Below are positions 1 through 11,503 of a DNA stretch of 46,228 nt, piece by piece (position 1 is the first letter of the stretch; every line of letters starts with the position of its first letter). The notes beneath the pieces were generated by a model, which was not told the origin of the DNA, searched no databases, and worked only from the letters and a program-made list of their open reading frames with translations. A program made the position numbers and the translations under genes. Location: contig DF237604.1 of NCBI GenBank assembly GCA_000708835.1, positions 1 through 46,228 of the forward strand. The letters run 5' to 3'. This DNA is from Klebsormidium nitens. Lineage: Eukaryota > Plantae > Klebsormidiophyceae.

Positions 1-142
1 CACCTGGGTAGGTACCTTGGTACCGCCTCTTGTCTGGTAGGTACCACAGGATCATGCATGAGGGGGTTCCCCCTCGTTCCGCTGGATGTGCACATCTTTT
101 ACTACCTATGTTATTAAATTGAGGCTATATTAGATATACCTA

Positions 143-467
143 CCGTAGAGCGCCCAAAACCGGATCACGTACCATTGCTGGATCACCTCCGCAAACTAAA
201 CTGGACCTATCTTGATCCAGTCTCCTATTTAACAAATGTCCAAAACTGGATCAGCGCTTTTGTGCGGAAAACCGAGGTTTTTGACTCCAGAGCATGACCT
301 AAAGTTGGTCAAATCTGGATCCAAGTGTATCGGCAGATCTATTAGGGACGCCCTTGAAAAACCTGGATATGAGGAGAAAACCGCACTTCTAAATTGTAAT
401 TGCGTTAAAAAATACTGCAAATAAGCGGTGCGAAAAATAAGGTGATCCAGTAATGGGCGCTCTACGG
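143..467. mobile_element. Tc1/mariner-type MITE (325 bp, TA target duplication)
   Basis: CCGTAGAGCGCCCA at 143-156 and its exact reverse complement TGGGCGCTCTACGG at 454-467, each flanked by TA (141-142, 468-469). The perfect inverted repeat extends to 20 bp (137-156 / 454-473), with further subterminal GGATCAC/GTGATCC matches. No coding capacity. The superfamily is inferred from the TA flanks only. Confidence 0.7.
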
Positions 468-645
468 TAGGTAGTTTTAGCTTCAAATTCTGAAACCAGC
501 CTAGGTAGCTACGGAATTGGCGTTCAAGCCCCTTGCAGTACCTACAAACTTTTCTAAACGGAGCGGCTCATTCTTCGCAAACCGAGCATCTTCAGCAACA
601 TCATCTGCTGCAAGGGTCTGGAACGTGCATTCTGCTGCTCTAAAG

Positions 646-3600
646 ATGTATCATCGTTTGAAGGCCAGCCTTTTGGTCGTGTTCTTGACTGCTGCAGGAC
701 AGCGCGCATCGGGTCAAGCGGTGAGTGGGAGCATTGCAACTGTGATGGCACAAAAGGAGCAGATTGCGGTGCAAGGGGCACGCAGCGCAGCGATCAATGA
801 GGAGAATGCGTGCGGTAAGCCTTAGCACGCCCGACTGTGCATGTAATGTTGTCCATGTGTGTTGTTCGGTGGCATTCTTGGAGACCGTTAGTATAGATGC
901 GTGAAGACACATGATTAGGATTAGGTTACAGATGCGGTTATAGAGCAAACTCGTCATGGGTTCTGCACACGGCACCATGTTCAGAAAGCAGCACAGGGTT
1001 AGTGAACCTCTATATGAGGTTGGAAAGTTAGAGCAACATGCGTAGAGTCGGTGCACAGTGTTTGGCTGGTAAGTCCTGGGGTCTGTGCTGGCAATGCAGC
1101 GAAACCCCTAAGGTAGTTCCAGTGTGATTCCAGTGTGATGACCTCTTTTATCTGATTGCGGAAGGGCTAAATTGTGAAGAAGCTCGTAAGCTTAGATGCG
1201 CGATAGTTTGATACCAGAATCAAATCTTGGACGCTGACGAAGGTACTGACAAAACTCCAAAAGTAGGATGAAAACAGACCTTTTTTGACTCCGCCAGATC
1301 TTCTTTGCAGCGGCGATTGCGGCGTGCGGCATCAATCCCTCAGCCCTTGCTTGCACTCTCGCTCCTGTATCTTCCATGACAACCATCTGCCTCAACACTG
1401 GGCAAGGAGAACAGCCGGCGTGCAACAATGCCACTTGCAGCAACCTTCTGTTGTCATATGACCAATCTAATATCAGGTAATCTGGAGTTTTTTCAATTCA
1501 ATTCAGCATTCGAGTCTTTGAATCAGAATTGGTTTGAAGTTGCAGAGGGGTGCAACAAAGCTCTCCGAACTGGCCGAGAAGCTGAGCAAAGACACGCTCT
1601 GTTCGTTAGCACAATGTGTTGATAGCTCTGTGGCAGATGTGGACAAAAGTTCGAGTTTTGGACTTGGCGCTGTTTGAAAAGTGAGTTAGTCTGCAAGGCC
1701 GTCTAGAATTCAAACCGGCACCATCACTTTCTTGCCTATTCGTTTTTCCTGTCTACCAATTGTCACTGCCCTTTATCTGTTCCACTCTTTCGAAAAACTC
1801 AACTAATCTGCTCTGGCCCTTATTGGCGCCTGCTTTTGTGCAAAATCATGCAATATCTGTCTGTTGCCAGCCTACCGAAGCCTCCTGTAAGATTCTGCGA
1901 CCTGTCTATCAAGGACTAACCCCGTGCCATACCTGTTTCATCAACCAGCCTTCTGGATTGGTAATATTCCATCAAGGTATCAGAGGCCGTCCTGCCAATA
2001 TTTTGGGCTTGAGACCCTTTTTACGTGCACAAATGTGAGTGCTTTTCAAAATTTGGCTAGCCTACTGATCTTTGCAGACTACCCGACGGGGTTGGCGTCA
2101 AGAAAGCCCCAGCGCCAAACCCCGGCGCCGTGAACGCTCGACTGCGCACAAACTACCTGCAAAGAGACATCTGTGTCCAGAAGCAACTAGACACTGTGTA
2201 CAAGAGCGTCGTTCCTCAACCCTCAGGCAGCGACATCCCTGACTTTGCATATTATGGCGGCGCATCGGGAGTGTTCCGCATTTTCCCCGCGGTGGTAAGG
2301 CCCGTTCTACTTTCAACCGTCAAAGGGTGAATCAATCACCTGAAAACATGCGAATCGGTGCAAGATAGTCAATAACAGCAAACCTCATATTGGTTTAACG
2401 TTTGACTGGAGCTGACATGCTATAAGTCGGAGAACATGGCCAGCACTCGGAGCTCGAGATGGTCGATCTTCTGCAAAGTTTGACCAGCCCTGTCCTGGAA
2501 CTTTCCCTGAAAGCTTGAGTCAGGGAAGCCGACCGAAACAGGCGGAATGACTTGGTTAGTTGTTCGCGAAACGTCTAACTAGAGTTTGCGGCTGGTCAAG
2601 TTTTCCATGTCATCCCTTCTGTTTCAGTTCACGCTGACTGGCCCAAAATATAACAGGCGTCCCGAGATGCCCGTTGCTTAGCACGCAGGCCAGTTGAAAC
2701 ACAGAACGCTCGGCCGTCATGTTCGTGCTACTTGGAGAGCAAACCGGATCGGTACATGCGGCCTGTGATCTCTTTTGGCAGGCATACGATCAGTCCCCGC
2801 TTGCTGATGGCAGCGGAGTGCAGTGCTCTCCGTCGTACGATCCACGAAGACGACCTTGGTAAGCTCAAGGAGTGTCTATCTCTCTCTAGCTTATCTAGTC
2901 TTTCGGTATACATGAATACGATGCATTGTCCCAATTGTATTGCTCCCCACCAGTCGCGCTGACTGAAGAAGACCCATCTGATGTAGTTGTCACAGCAGAA
3001 GGCTCTTACTTTTGGATCCTTTCCATGTTATTGTGATCTGATCCTTTTCGAAACGCTGCAACTCGCAAGCTGCGAAGGTTCTTGATCCTGATCTGCCCAT
3101 GCCTTGTCTGACGTCACGTCCTCGATCTGCTCTCTCTTTTTTCAGATACTCACCAGAGTTTCGGCTGGTCAGGAGGGGCCTGCTACAAAGACCCTGGAGA
3201 GTTTGGCTAAACTTGATTTATTCAGCGGTGGGCTCGTCCATGTCTTTGTGGTCATCTATAGCGCGCCTAACCCCGTTTGCAAGACAGTACGGAATCATCA
3301 AACTGCCGGTCCGGATATTCTGTACAGCGAGAGCCTAGCGGACACTTCAAGCCGCAGGAGATCGCGCCTTGCGCAGGGCGCGGCCGCAAATGGAGCAACT
3401 CCTGAGCCCTTGCTATAAAGCAGAGCTTCAGCGTTACCTGACATGGCCCACCTGCGGATGTGTCATGCGCAGATTCTGGGACAAGAAATCACGAATCATT
3501 CTCAAATTAGACATTTGGTGGGGCCTAACGAGCGCTGACCCCTTCTTTTCAAGTCTTGGCGGATGACTGAAAGGCCGTTCTTCATCAACCAGGTACGCCG

Positions 3601-6600
3601 GTGCGGCCTCCCAAACGAAGCTGCTCGTTATCCTCTTGGACCTAGGACCCTTCCTCAACTCGCCGATCGCGTTCGGCACGGCCGCTGGCGTCACCAAGCT
3701 GGCTGCGATGAAGGCGGCGACCGCGGCGCTCTTTGAGTCTCTGAGGGCCTTCGACGTGGTCGCCGTGGTGACGGTCTCCAACTCGACCGGCGCGCAAGTG
3801 CTGACGACGGCATACGGACAATTTGTGAGTCGGCATTTGTCATAGGAGGAAACTGTGCTTCAAGAACGTGCTTCAAGTGCCTTTCTTAAGAGTCGAAGGG
3901 CCTTAGACGCGGTCGCCAAGGTTGCATTCTCCAACTCGACGGTGCGCAAGTGCTGACGACGGCATACGGACAATTTGTGAGTCAGCAACCGTTATAGGAA
4001 GAGACTGTGCTTCAAGAACTTGATCAAAGGTACTTCCACTCTTTCGAGTCTCTGAGGGCCTTTAACGCCGTCGCCGTGGTTGCAATCTCCAACTCGATCG
4101 GCGCGCAACTGCTGACGACAGCATTTGAACAGTCCTCGAGTCGTCTGCAAAACTATCCGCCGTTCTGGAACCCCCTGCACGAGTAGCGTTGCTCCGTAGC
4201 TGTATGCAAACTGGGAGAGTAACAAAGACCATTTGATTGCGGTACATACCAACACGGCTGAATACGGCGTAAGGACGGGTAGCAGTATCTGTGCTAAAGT
4301 TATCAACGTGATCAAAGGATCCTGCGCAGGCGTTCCGAATTCACTAGATTGAAAGTCCCGTAAGCTTATTTCCAGTTCTTTGTCTGCCGGACACCTCGAT
4401 CGCAATGAGAACACCTTTTAGTAGAGGCCATACAAAAACTGAGCCACGTTTGTCGGCTAGATACTCCCTGCTTTCTCGACTTTCCACTTCACTTCTGCAT
4501 CCCGCAGGTTGCGACTCCTATTGTCTGTTGTCTCGTACTTGAACAGGGACCCGTTCGGTGCAGCTCGTCCAAAAGCAGAATGCTCCTTTTAAGAGGACGA
4601 AAAGTTAGGGCCGTCAGGCATTCAGTACCAGGTATCTGGTTTTATTATGCGTCAAAATGGGGCTGGAGTGAATCATGATGATTGCCTTGAGAAGCGGCTT
4701 GCCAACCATCAGAAACCCCAAGCAGCATTTTGATCCCTCACCTCTCCCCCTTGCTCTCAAGGCCCCGGTAACGACGTACAACGTTCCCCGGGTTGACAAA
4801 GGGGACGAAGCGATCATGGCGCTGGACGCGGCGGTCCAGAACTTGACGGCGGCCACTTCCGGCACGACGGATCTGTTGAGCGGTCTCACTCGGGCACTCT
4901 CAGTCGCCGACTTCGAGCTCGACTTGGGGAAGACTATTTGCGAGCGGGTAAGCATATTCATCTCCGTTATTTTGCCGTCCCCTGTCTTGACTCAAGTGAC
5001 CTGTTCTCGATCCTTCAGGCTCTCCACTTCGTCCCTCATTTTCCTTTCAGCTTTGCTCAGAACCCCAGGCACGAAGGGGAAGCGACGTTTGCTTGGTTGG
5101 TGGTCTATATCACAACGTTTTTCACCATGTATTTCTCTGACTTTCGAAACAGTGCCTTTGTTTAGCTGTCCCAGCGGACGGACGTAGATACAAACCCCCC
5201 GCGGTGTGCTCTACTCCCCTAGTCTATAGATTCCAGGATCGACGGTCAGTTGGAGGACTTGTTGGGGTTCCATCCAGGCCGTTGAGACGAGGATTGTGGT
5301 TGAGAGAACTTTTGGGAGTCCGCTAAGGGTTGGCAGTCTAGATTTCCGTTCTGACGAGCTTCGAAAAGGACTTCGTTCTTCCTCAGACCGTGCAAAAAAG
5401 TTGTGGTTTTGGACAGAACCTGCATGGAGTCGAAGATGCGTTCGTCCTCGAGGACTGAATGGTTCTTAATCAAAGCCGCTTGCTTGATCAACAAAGACAG
5501 ATGTCTAGAGGAACACGAATGTCGCGGTTTGGTCCTATGCGAGAGCAATTGTCCAACTGGAGCCAACGTCCACTGCTGCTTCGTGAAGTGCTTGCAGAGC
5601 AAATAGAAAGATTAAGGAAACACAATGGTCCTGGTGCGAAGCTTGACACGAATGTCGGCTTTAAATAGTCGTCGCCACATGGGTAGGATGCCGCAATGGC
5701 ACCCATAAAGCTCGGCGACTTCGAGGCCCGCAGGGATCACCTACTGAGTCGCTCCAATCGTGAGCATGTGACAAGATCGGCGGGGAGCGTGAGTTTGGTG
5801 TTAATCTTCGCACATGCCGAGAAGCAACTTGAGAGAGACGCCCTCATTCGTTCAATAAGGGTTGCTCTCTTAGCTTTGTCTTTCTCTTCAGGTGGTTGTC
5901 GTTTTAACGGACGGTCTGAGTTTGGGTAACACGACAGCAGCGGGTTTGACGGCGGCGGTGCAAGCGCAACAGCTCCGAAGAAAAGAAACAAGCGTCCTGT
6001 TCTTCTCCGTCGGTGCGAGTAAGTCCCATCATTGAAGTTTTTGAGTTGTTGATCTCCGCTTCTTCCTGTGACGGATCACTGGGGAGTTGCAAAATCCAAA
6101 GTGCGCTGATCGAGACAATCTGCGAGGTCACGGTGTTGTCTATCTTGGATATTGGTAGGAGGTACTTCCAGAGAACCAACTGCCACAGACGCCTGAAGAA
6201 CGAGAAACCTTTTGGCCACGATCTCGTGGGTGCGAGCGCGCGCCCGTGATCAGATATCAAATTCGTTGGACTTCGCCGTTGAGTCGTAGACTTAAGCGCG
6301 CCGTTTGACAAACCCATCTGACAGCATTCTTGTCCGTCTTTGTCCGCGATATACTAAGCTTAAATTCCCTATCACGAAGAGACTATTTCAACACGCCCTT
6401 AAAGAGGGCGTTGGCGGATGCATCCGCATTCAGCGACCACTCAGCAGAGATTGATGGTTTTTGGTCGCCAAGATGGTACCACGTGGTCATTCGCTGATGG
6501 CGACTACTTACCTTTCGCTCCGCCCGCTACGTCGCTAATGACGTCACTGCGGATGTATCCGCCAACGCCCTCTTAAAAGAGACACAAATCCCCGCCGTAC

Positions 6601-9600
6601 ACGTGGGAGGAGCGCCCAGTCGGGGGCGCTCCTCCAGCAAAATGAGGGACGGTTAGTAAGTTAACCCTGAAACCGAACAGCCAAAAAGCGCTTGAAGACG
6701 ATGCAAACTGAAAGGCGTCCAAACCCTTGCCGCGCAGTCGGGAGGAGCGCCCAGTCCGACGCGCTGCTCCAGCAGGTGTCCTGCGCCACGGGCAGCGTGT
6801 GGGGCAAGCTGGACGACTTCGAAAACTCCCTGCTGTCGATGTATCCCTATTTCAACCTTCTGGCGGCGCGCAGCTTCTACAATCCGGGGGTCAGCAATCA
6901 AACCTACTTCACGCAGCGCTACACGAGCCCGTCACGACACGTGGACATCATCAGTCCGGCCAGACCAGGTGACCGACTCGGTTTGTTTGCTAACCTTGGT
7001 CAGCGCACTTAACCAGGTGACCGACCCGGAGTTGTGGGTTCTTATTGCAGAGGGTTCTTGTCTTACCGGGAGGTCAGGGCACTTGACCAGGCGGAAAGCG
7101 TCTTCGCCCGGTAGACACGCATCTGGACCGCGGATCATACACGCCTGGTCAACGTTGAAGTGTTTTCTATGGTTGTTGTGCAAGGGTTTGACCAGAGAAC
7201 GCCTGCGTTTGAGCATAGCCGGGTCGGCCGTTCACAGGAAGCAATCTTCCCTTTTTTTTCATTCCGCGACTCCGGACCGACCTGTCTGTTGACTTTCACT
7301 TTCTTCAGCATTTTAAATCACGGAGCTTGCAATGCCGCATCGACTCACACTACAACAATTCAGGTCTCCTCGCTTGTGTCCATGACGGCAGCGCTTCAGT
7401 CTGCGAGACTGTTCGGCGGCCTGGTTTACGTGGCCCTCTACCTAAAAACCTTGGTCAACTGTCTCGCAACCAAGCATGCTCTGTAAACGATTCTCGTTCT
7501 AGTATCCGCAGTTCTTATCAGCAACTGTGCCGAATTCGTCCGATCTAACGAAAGTCCTAGTCAGAGGTACTGGAGCGTCCGGTTTCTATTGAGCGAAAGT
7601 CCTGAGCACAAGAGACAAAAAAGGGGGTGTTCTTCAAAGTAAGTGCGTAATCGGAACTGGGGGTCTGTCATTGAAGAAAGCCTGAGCGGAGTCGGTGTTT
7701 GACTTCGTAACAACGCCGGTCAACGGCGAACAGTCTTTGTATTGGCGATAAGTACGACGGGGAGGGGAGCTTTGTGGCGTCCCAACTAGAACTGGGGGTT
7801 AAGGCGCATAATAGTAAGGGTGATATCAGTCGGTGCAGCCTTCGACGGGGCGGGGAACTTTGTTGGCGTCACAACTAGAACTGGGTGCTAATAACAACAA
7901 GGTCAACATAGATCCTTTGTCTCCACGCAGTTTACGACGGGGCGGGGAATCTGGTGGGCGTTGCTGGGGGGGACTTCTCTTTGCAGTCCACGCTGCTGCG
8001 GAACTTTTCGCTGGAGGAGGTCGATGCGGAACTCAACAGCAGAATCACCTTGGAGCGGTGCTCCAACGTTACACTCTCGGAATGCCGCCTCGAGGTGAGA
8101 TTTGCGTCTTGTAAATCCTGGGGTTGCACGAAATGTTTTCGATTGGAAGAACGCTTGGTTGGAGGGCTTTAAAAAAGAGGTGCTCCAACCTGACACGCTC
8201 GGAAAGCCGCTATGAGGTAAGATTTGGAAGTTTTTGAATTCAAGGTTGCAAAACACATTTTTCAGTTGGAAGCACGTTTGGTTGGAGGGCTTTTGAGAAA
8301 GGGGTGCTTTGACGTCACTCTTGAATGCCGCCTCGACGTGGAGATTTTCACACCTTACTTTCCAACAAAAGTAATCCAGGACGTTTGTATTCCTCAACCG
8401 GGCGTGGCTGTATTGACTCTTGCCGGATCCGGTGGATGGATATTCACGTGGAAACGCTAGTGGCTCTGGTTAAACTGGGCGCTTCCGTTTGGGGAGCGCT
8501 CAAACGGAGCGGTTTGCACGGAACGTTTTGGTGCCTCTAACCGTAAGCCTGGCGACTTTCAGTCCTTCTGAGACAGGCGGCTCTCATTCAGGGGTCCGAA
8601 GGATGTCGAAAGAGTGCAATTTTGGAGTCTGTGCGGCCTTACATTACCGAAGGCTTACTCAATGAGAAGCATCAAGAGGCTTTTTAGGTGCCCTGCTGAA
8701 CCAGAGCGAGAGTAAGGCGGACCTAGAGCAAACCTCAGAGCGGCACCCGATGCGAAGGTCTTAACTTAGTCTAGTCGCAGTTAGCAGCTTTCAAACAGTC
8801 GACCTTCTGCTGCATACCTTCGTAGAATGGCTACGCGGAAGCTTGCGCTGAATGTAACATACGTTTCCTCTCCCTTCCATAAAGTTCACAAACTTACGCC
8901 GTGACCAATATAACCTTTTGCCGAGGTGCAATTCTTAGCCTAAGTTATGCGTGTCTTCGCTTTCTGCGAGCCCTGTTGCAGCTGAGTCGGCTTTTAAGTT
9001 GCATTGCTGGCTTTAGCTTTACTGGAAGTTCCTTCGTATCGAAGGAACATGCAGCAAATACAAAAGTTCCCCCTGACTCGCTTTCGGGATGATCCGACCT
9101 ATATCACGACAGATCCCGTTGACGCAAGGCTCCCTTACGAGACAAAACTTGGAGGGTTAAGATTAGTAGATTGCGACCCGAATAGAAGTCTCACCACGAG
9201 GGTTTCGGAGCATTGTTTACCACGCCGTTGAAGCTCTGATCAACTAACCCATCTTCGTCCTCTGCAGACGATCCGCCAGTTCTCCGGGTACACTTGCGGC
9301 ACCAGCTCGGGTTGCCCCGCTATAGTTGTCTCGCCCTGCTCCATCGCCACCCCCCCCCAGACCAACAGCAGCGTCACCGTTCTGCAACCCCCCCAGAGCA
9401 GCCCGCTCTCGGACCTGCTGTGCTGCGGCACGTGCGCATTAAATGCCGCCCCACTGCCCGCGCCCACAGCCGCTTCTAGCAACAGCACATCTGGGGGCGG
9501 CTTATCTGGCGCGGCGGTCGCGGGGATCGTTGGGGGAAGCGTGGGGGGTTTGGTATTCATGCTTGCAGTGATCGCCGCATTGTGGTGTTGTTGCCGCCGG

Positions 9601-9762
9601 AAGACGCATCCTGACGGTAAAGTACGTCAGCAAGGGGCGCTGCGACCTACCGGGGCAAGTATGAATGGACCAGCGGCTGCTAGAGCTTCAGAACCTGCTC
9701 GGTTGTCCCGTCCGTTTGCGGAAGTGGACGAGGAGACGATGATGAACCCGAACCGTGATTAG
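646..9762 (+). CDS. Gene A: alpha2-delta/CACHD1-like Cache+VWA type I membrane protein, 10 exons, 687 aa
   Basis: Exons 646-814, 1311-1476, 2078-2294, 2782-2858, 3593-3824, 4762-4947, 5892-6018, 6738-6968, 7931-8094, 9268-9762. All introns are GT-AG, phases are compatible, and the total is 2064 nt. Motifs in alpha2-delta order: signal peptide (MYHRLKASLLVVFLTAAG), AYYGGASGVFRIFPA, YDPRRRPWYAGAASQTKLLVILLDLG, VWA (ALDAAVQNLTAATSGTTDLLSGLTRAL; VVVVLTDG; VLFFSVG; LLQQVSCATG), TYFTQRY...ISPARPVYDGAGNLVGVAGGDFSL, then TM helix (IVGGSVGGLVFMLAVIAALW) and CCCRRK. Confidence 0.88.
3906..4133 (+). repeat. Two degenerate tandem copies of the 3' end of gene A exon 5 inside intron 5
   Basis: CTCCAACTCGAC..GCGCAAGTGCTGACGACGGCATACGGACAATTTGTGAGTC recurs at about 3929-3983, donor site included, followed by a copy of the first intron bases (ACTGTGCTTCAAGAAC). 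A second, more diverged copy (GAGTCTCTGAGGGCCTT..CTCCAACTCGATCGGCGCGCAA..CTGACGAC) lies at about 4040-4130. Confidence 0.85.
6403..6573. mobile_element. PIF/Harbinger (Tourist)-like MITE, 171 bp
   Basis: 26-bp TIRs with one mismatch: AGAGGGCGTTGGCGGATGCATCCGCA (6403-6428) and TGCGGATGTATCCGCCAACGCCCTCT (6548-6573). Flanked by a TAA direct repeat (6400-6402, 6574-6576). Located in intron 7 of gene A. Confidence 0.8.
7753..8345 (+). repeat. Degenerate echoes of both ends of gene A exon 9
   Basis: The exon start TACGACGGGGCGGGGAATCTGGTGGGCGT is echoed at about 7753-7780 and 7841-7870. The exon end GGTGCTCCAACGTTACACTCTCGGAATGCCGCCTCGAGGTGAGA is echoed at about 8179-8222 and 8303-8340, with a period of about 123 bp that also repeats the intronic TTGGAAG..CG.TTGGTTGGAGGGCTTT. 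Confidence 0.8.
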
Positions 9763-10447
9763 GGCGCCGGTCTACCGCGCGGTTATTTGAGAGGTATACA
9801 ACGCTTGTGACGCAGAGAGGGAGGCCGTTAACGTATGAGATTGTGATTGGAAGCCGGTCCAACACAAGCGGATGATTAACCAGCCCTCACATAGGGATAA
9901 GCGAAGAAAACAAATTCAGATCGTACTCTCCAATTCGAGATTGTATCATAGTCGACCATCGTTGAAGAGGTCTCTGCGAGTCAACCAATCACTTAACCCT
10001 ATGAACGACTCAATGCTGTTTAACCGACAGTAGTTTTTTTGGTTATAGTTACAGTAGTTGCTCGGCTTTGCTTCCAAAGCCGCGATAGGGGAGTTTGTTG
10101 AAGACTGCGCAGGCCCACTGTTGACATCTGTAAGTAAGCCCGAGAGCTAAAGGAAAGACGTCCAGCGGAAGGAAATAGAGGAATAGTTGCAATGGAAGGG
10201 ACAGGTGGAAAACGCTGCGAGATTGCTGATCAAACGCACATTAATGGCCCTATAAGGCACCGCGACCGCATAGGCAAATGTGCTTGAGAGAGAGATCGAA
10301 CGTTGGTATGTTCATGCTCGTAGCGAAAGATCGTCGGTCGGTCTATAGATCCGAATAGGAAGAGCGATTGAACCGGAATTTTACGGTTCGTTCATCGTCA
10401 AATCTTTAGCGGCGTAGCCAACGAATGGTTGGGATGTGCCTAGATGA

Positions 10448-10775
10448 TCTGCCCAGCTCTATCCGACGCGAAACAGCAGCCAATCGTTTTGCACCATTTT
10501 CGCGCCCTGGAAAAGAAGGCGCGTGCAGCTGCATCATTGCAATGTCCAGGCCTTCTTGAAGCGCATGTCGTGCAAATTTTTCAACAGTGCTGCACATCGA
10601 AGGCTTATCTTCTGTATCTGCAAGGTTCTCAATCACTGCGCCCTTAAGGAGAGAACCACCATCCCTAGGTCGCGGCAAATATGCCGCCTTCGAATTAGTT
10701 GGGGTACATGGTCTGCATATAGAGTTTCTTTGCAAGACTAGCTAGCGCAGCGCCCCGGGCCCACCGCGCATCACC
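10448..10775 (-). pseudogene. Decayed copy of gene B exon 1 (four-helix-bundle domain)
   Basis: The reverse strand shares nucleotide blocks with 21088-21415: AGTCTTGCAAAGAA, GGTGGTTCTCTCCTT, CTTCAAGAAGGCCTGGACATT, TTGGCTGCTGTTTCG, ATAGAGCTGGGC. It translates in part as AVIENLADTED...ALQEGLDI...RLAAVSRRIELG. It has indels and no downstream exons. Confidence 0.85.
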
Positions 10776-11503
10776 TCGCGAATTGCAGCGTAATGAAAGA
10801 TGAGTTCGACGACGTCATGCACGTTGCTTTTATAAAATGTTCATTAAGCTGAGCCGTGAACCGTTTCATTCGCCTTATGCACCTAAAACTGGATATCCGA
10901 AGGCCTGACAGTTCTTTACATGTCATTGAAAAACACCTGCATATGTCTCCCGCGCCCATCCGAGCCTAGGCCCCAGCTGAGACACATGCTTATAGCTCCC
11001 CGCACCGTTTTCCTCACATGCGGCAATCAATGCTGTTGCTGAATTACTGGCATCTTCTTAATTCGTGTACGTCCTTATGCTCACGACCGTTTGTGCGTTA
11101 AACTGGATCGATCATTACTTCTGACATTATTTACGACCTGAGAACACTGATCCAATGTAGAGCGTTATCGTCTGGTCAAACCTTATTTGACGGTCTCCTT
11201 ATCCGACGCAAGCTGACTGTTACTTTTTTGACTCGCTACTTCAACCTTACCGTCAACGACGGTACACTCAATCTCATACGGCTAAAGAAGACATCCCTGG
11301 TTAGAACTACTCACGACATATCTACGGTCGCTTACCGCAGGAAACAAGCTTAAACTTGGTTGGATACGTTATCAACCACCGCCCGGCGGCCTGTGTTGGA
11401 ACCGCTCCAACAGATTCCATACTTGTAACCGTGACCTGTAACCCAATGTTGTCCCTGATAACTGAAGGAAGTCAGGATCCTTTTGAAGAGATCTGGAATT
11501 GTC

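Noticed and set aside
5380-5500. Apparent peptide similarity in intron 6 of both paralogues (AFVLED*M...QQRQ in A versus ALVLEDWI...QQRH at about 14860-14920 in A') as a hidden exon
   Set aside because: The A copy has a stop, exons 6 and 7 join in phase without it, and other introns show similar residual nucleotide homology from the duplication.
7753-8345. Spaced short repeats as a CRISPR-like array
   Set aside because: The repeats are degenerate copies of exon ends with related spacers, in a spliced eukaryotic gene, and no cas genes are present.
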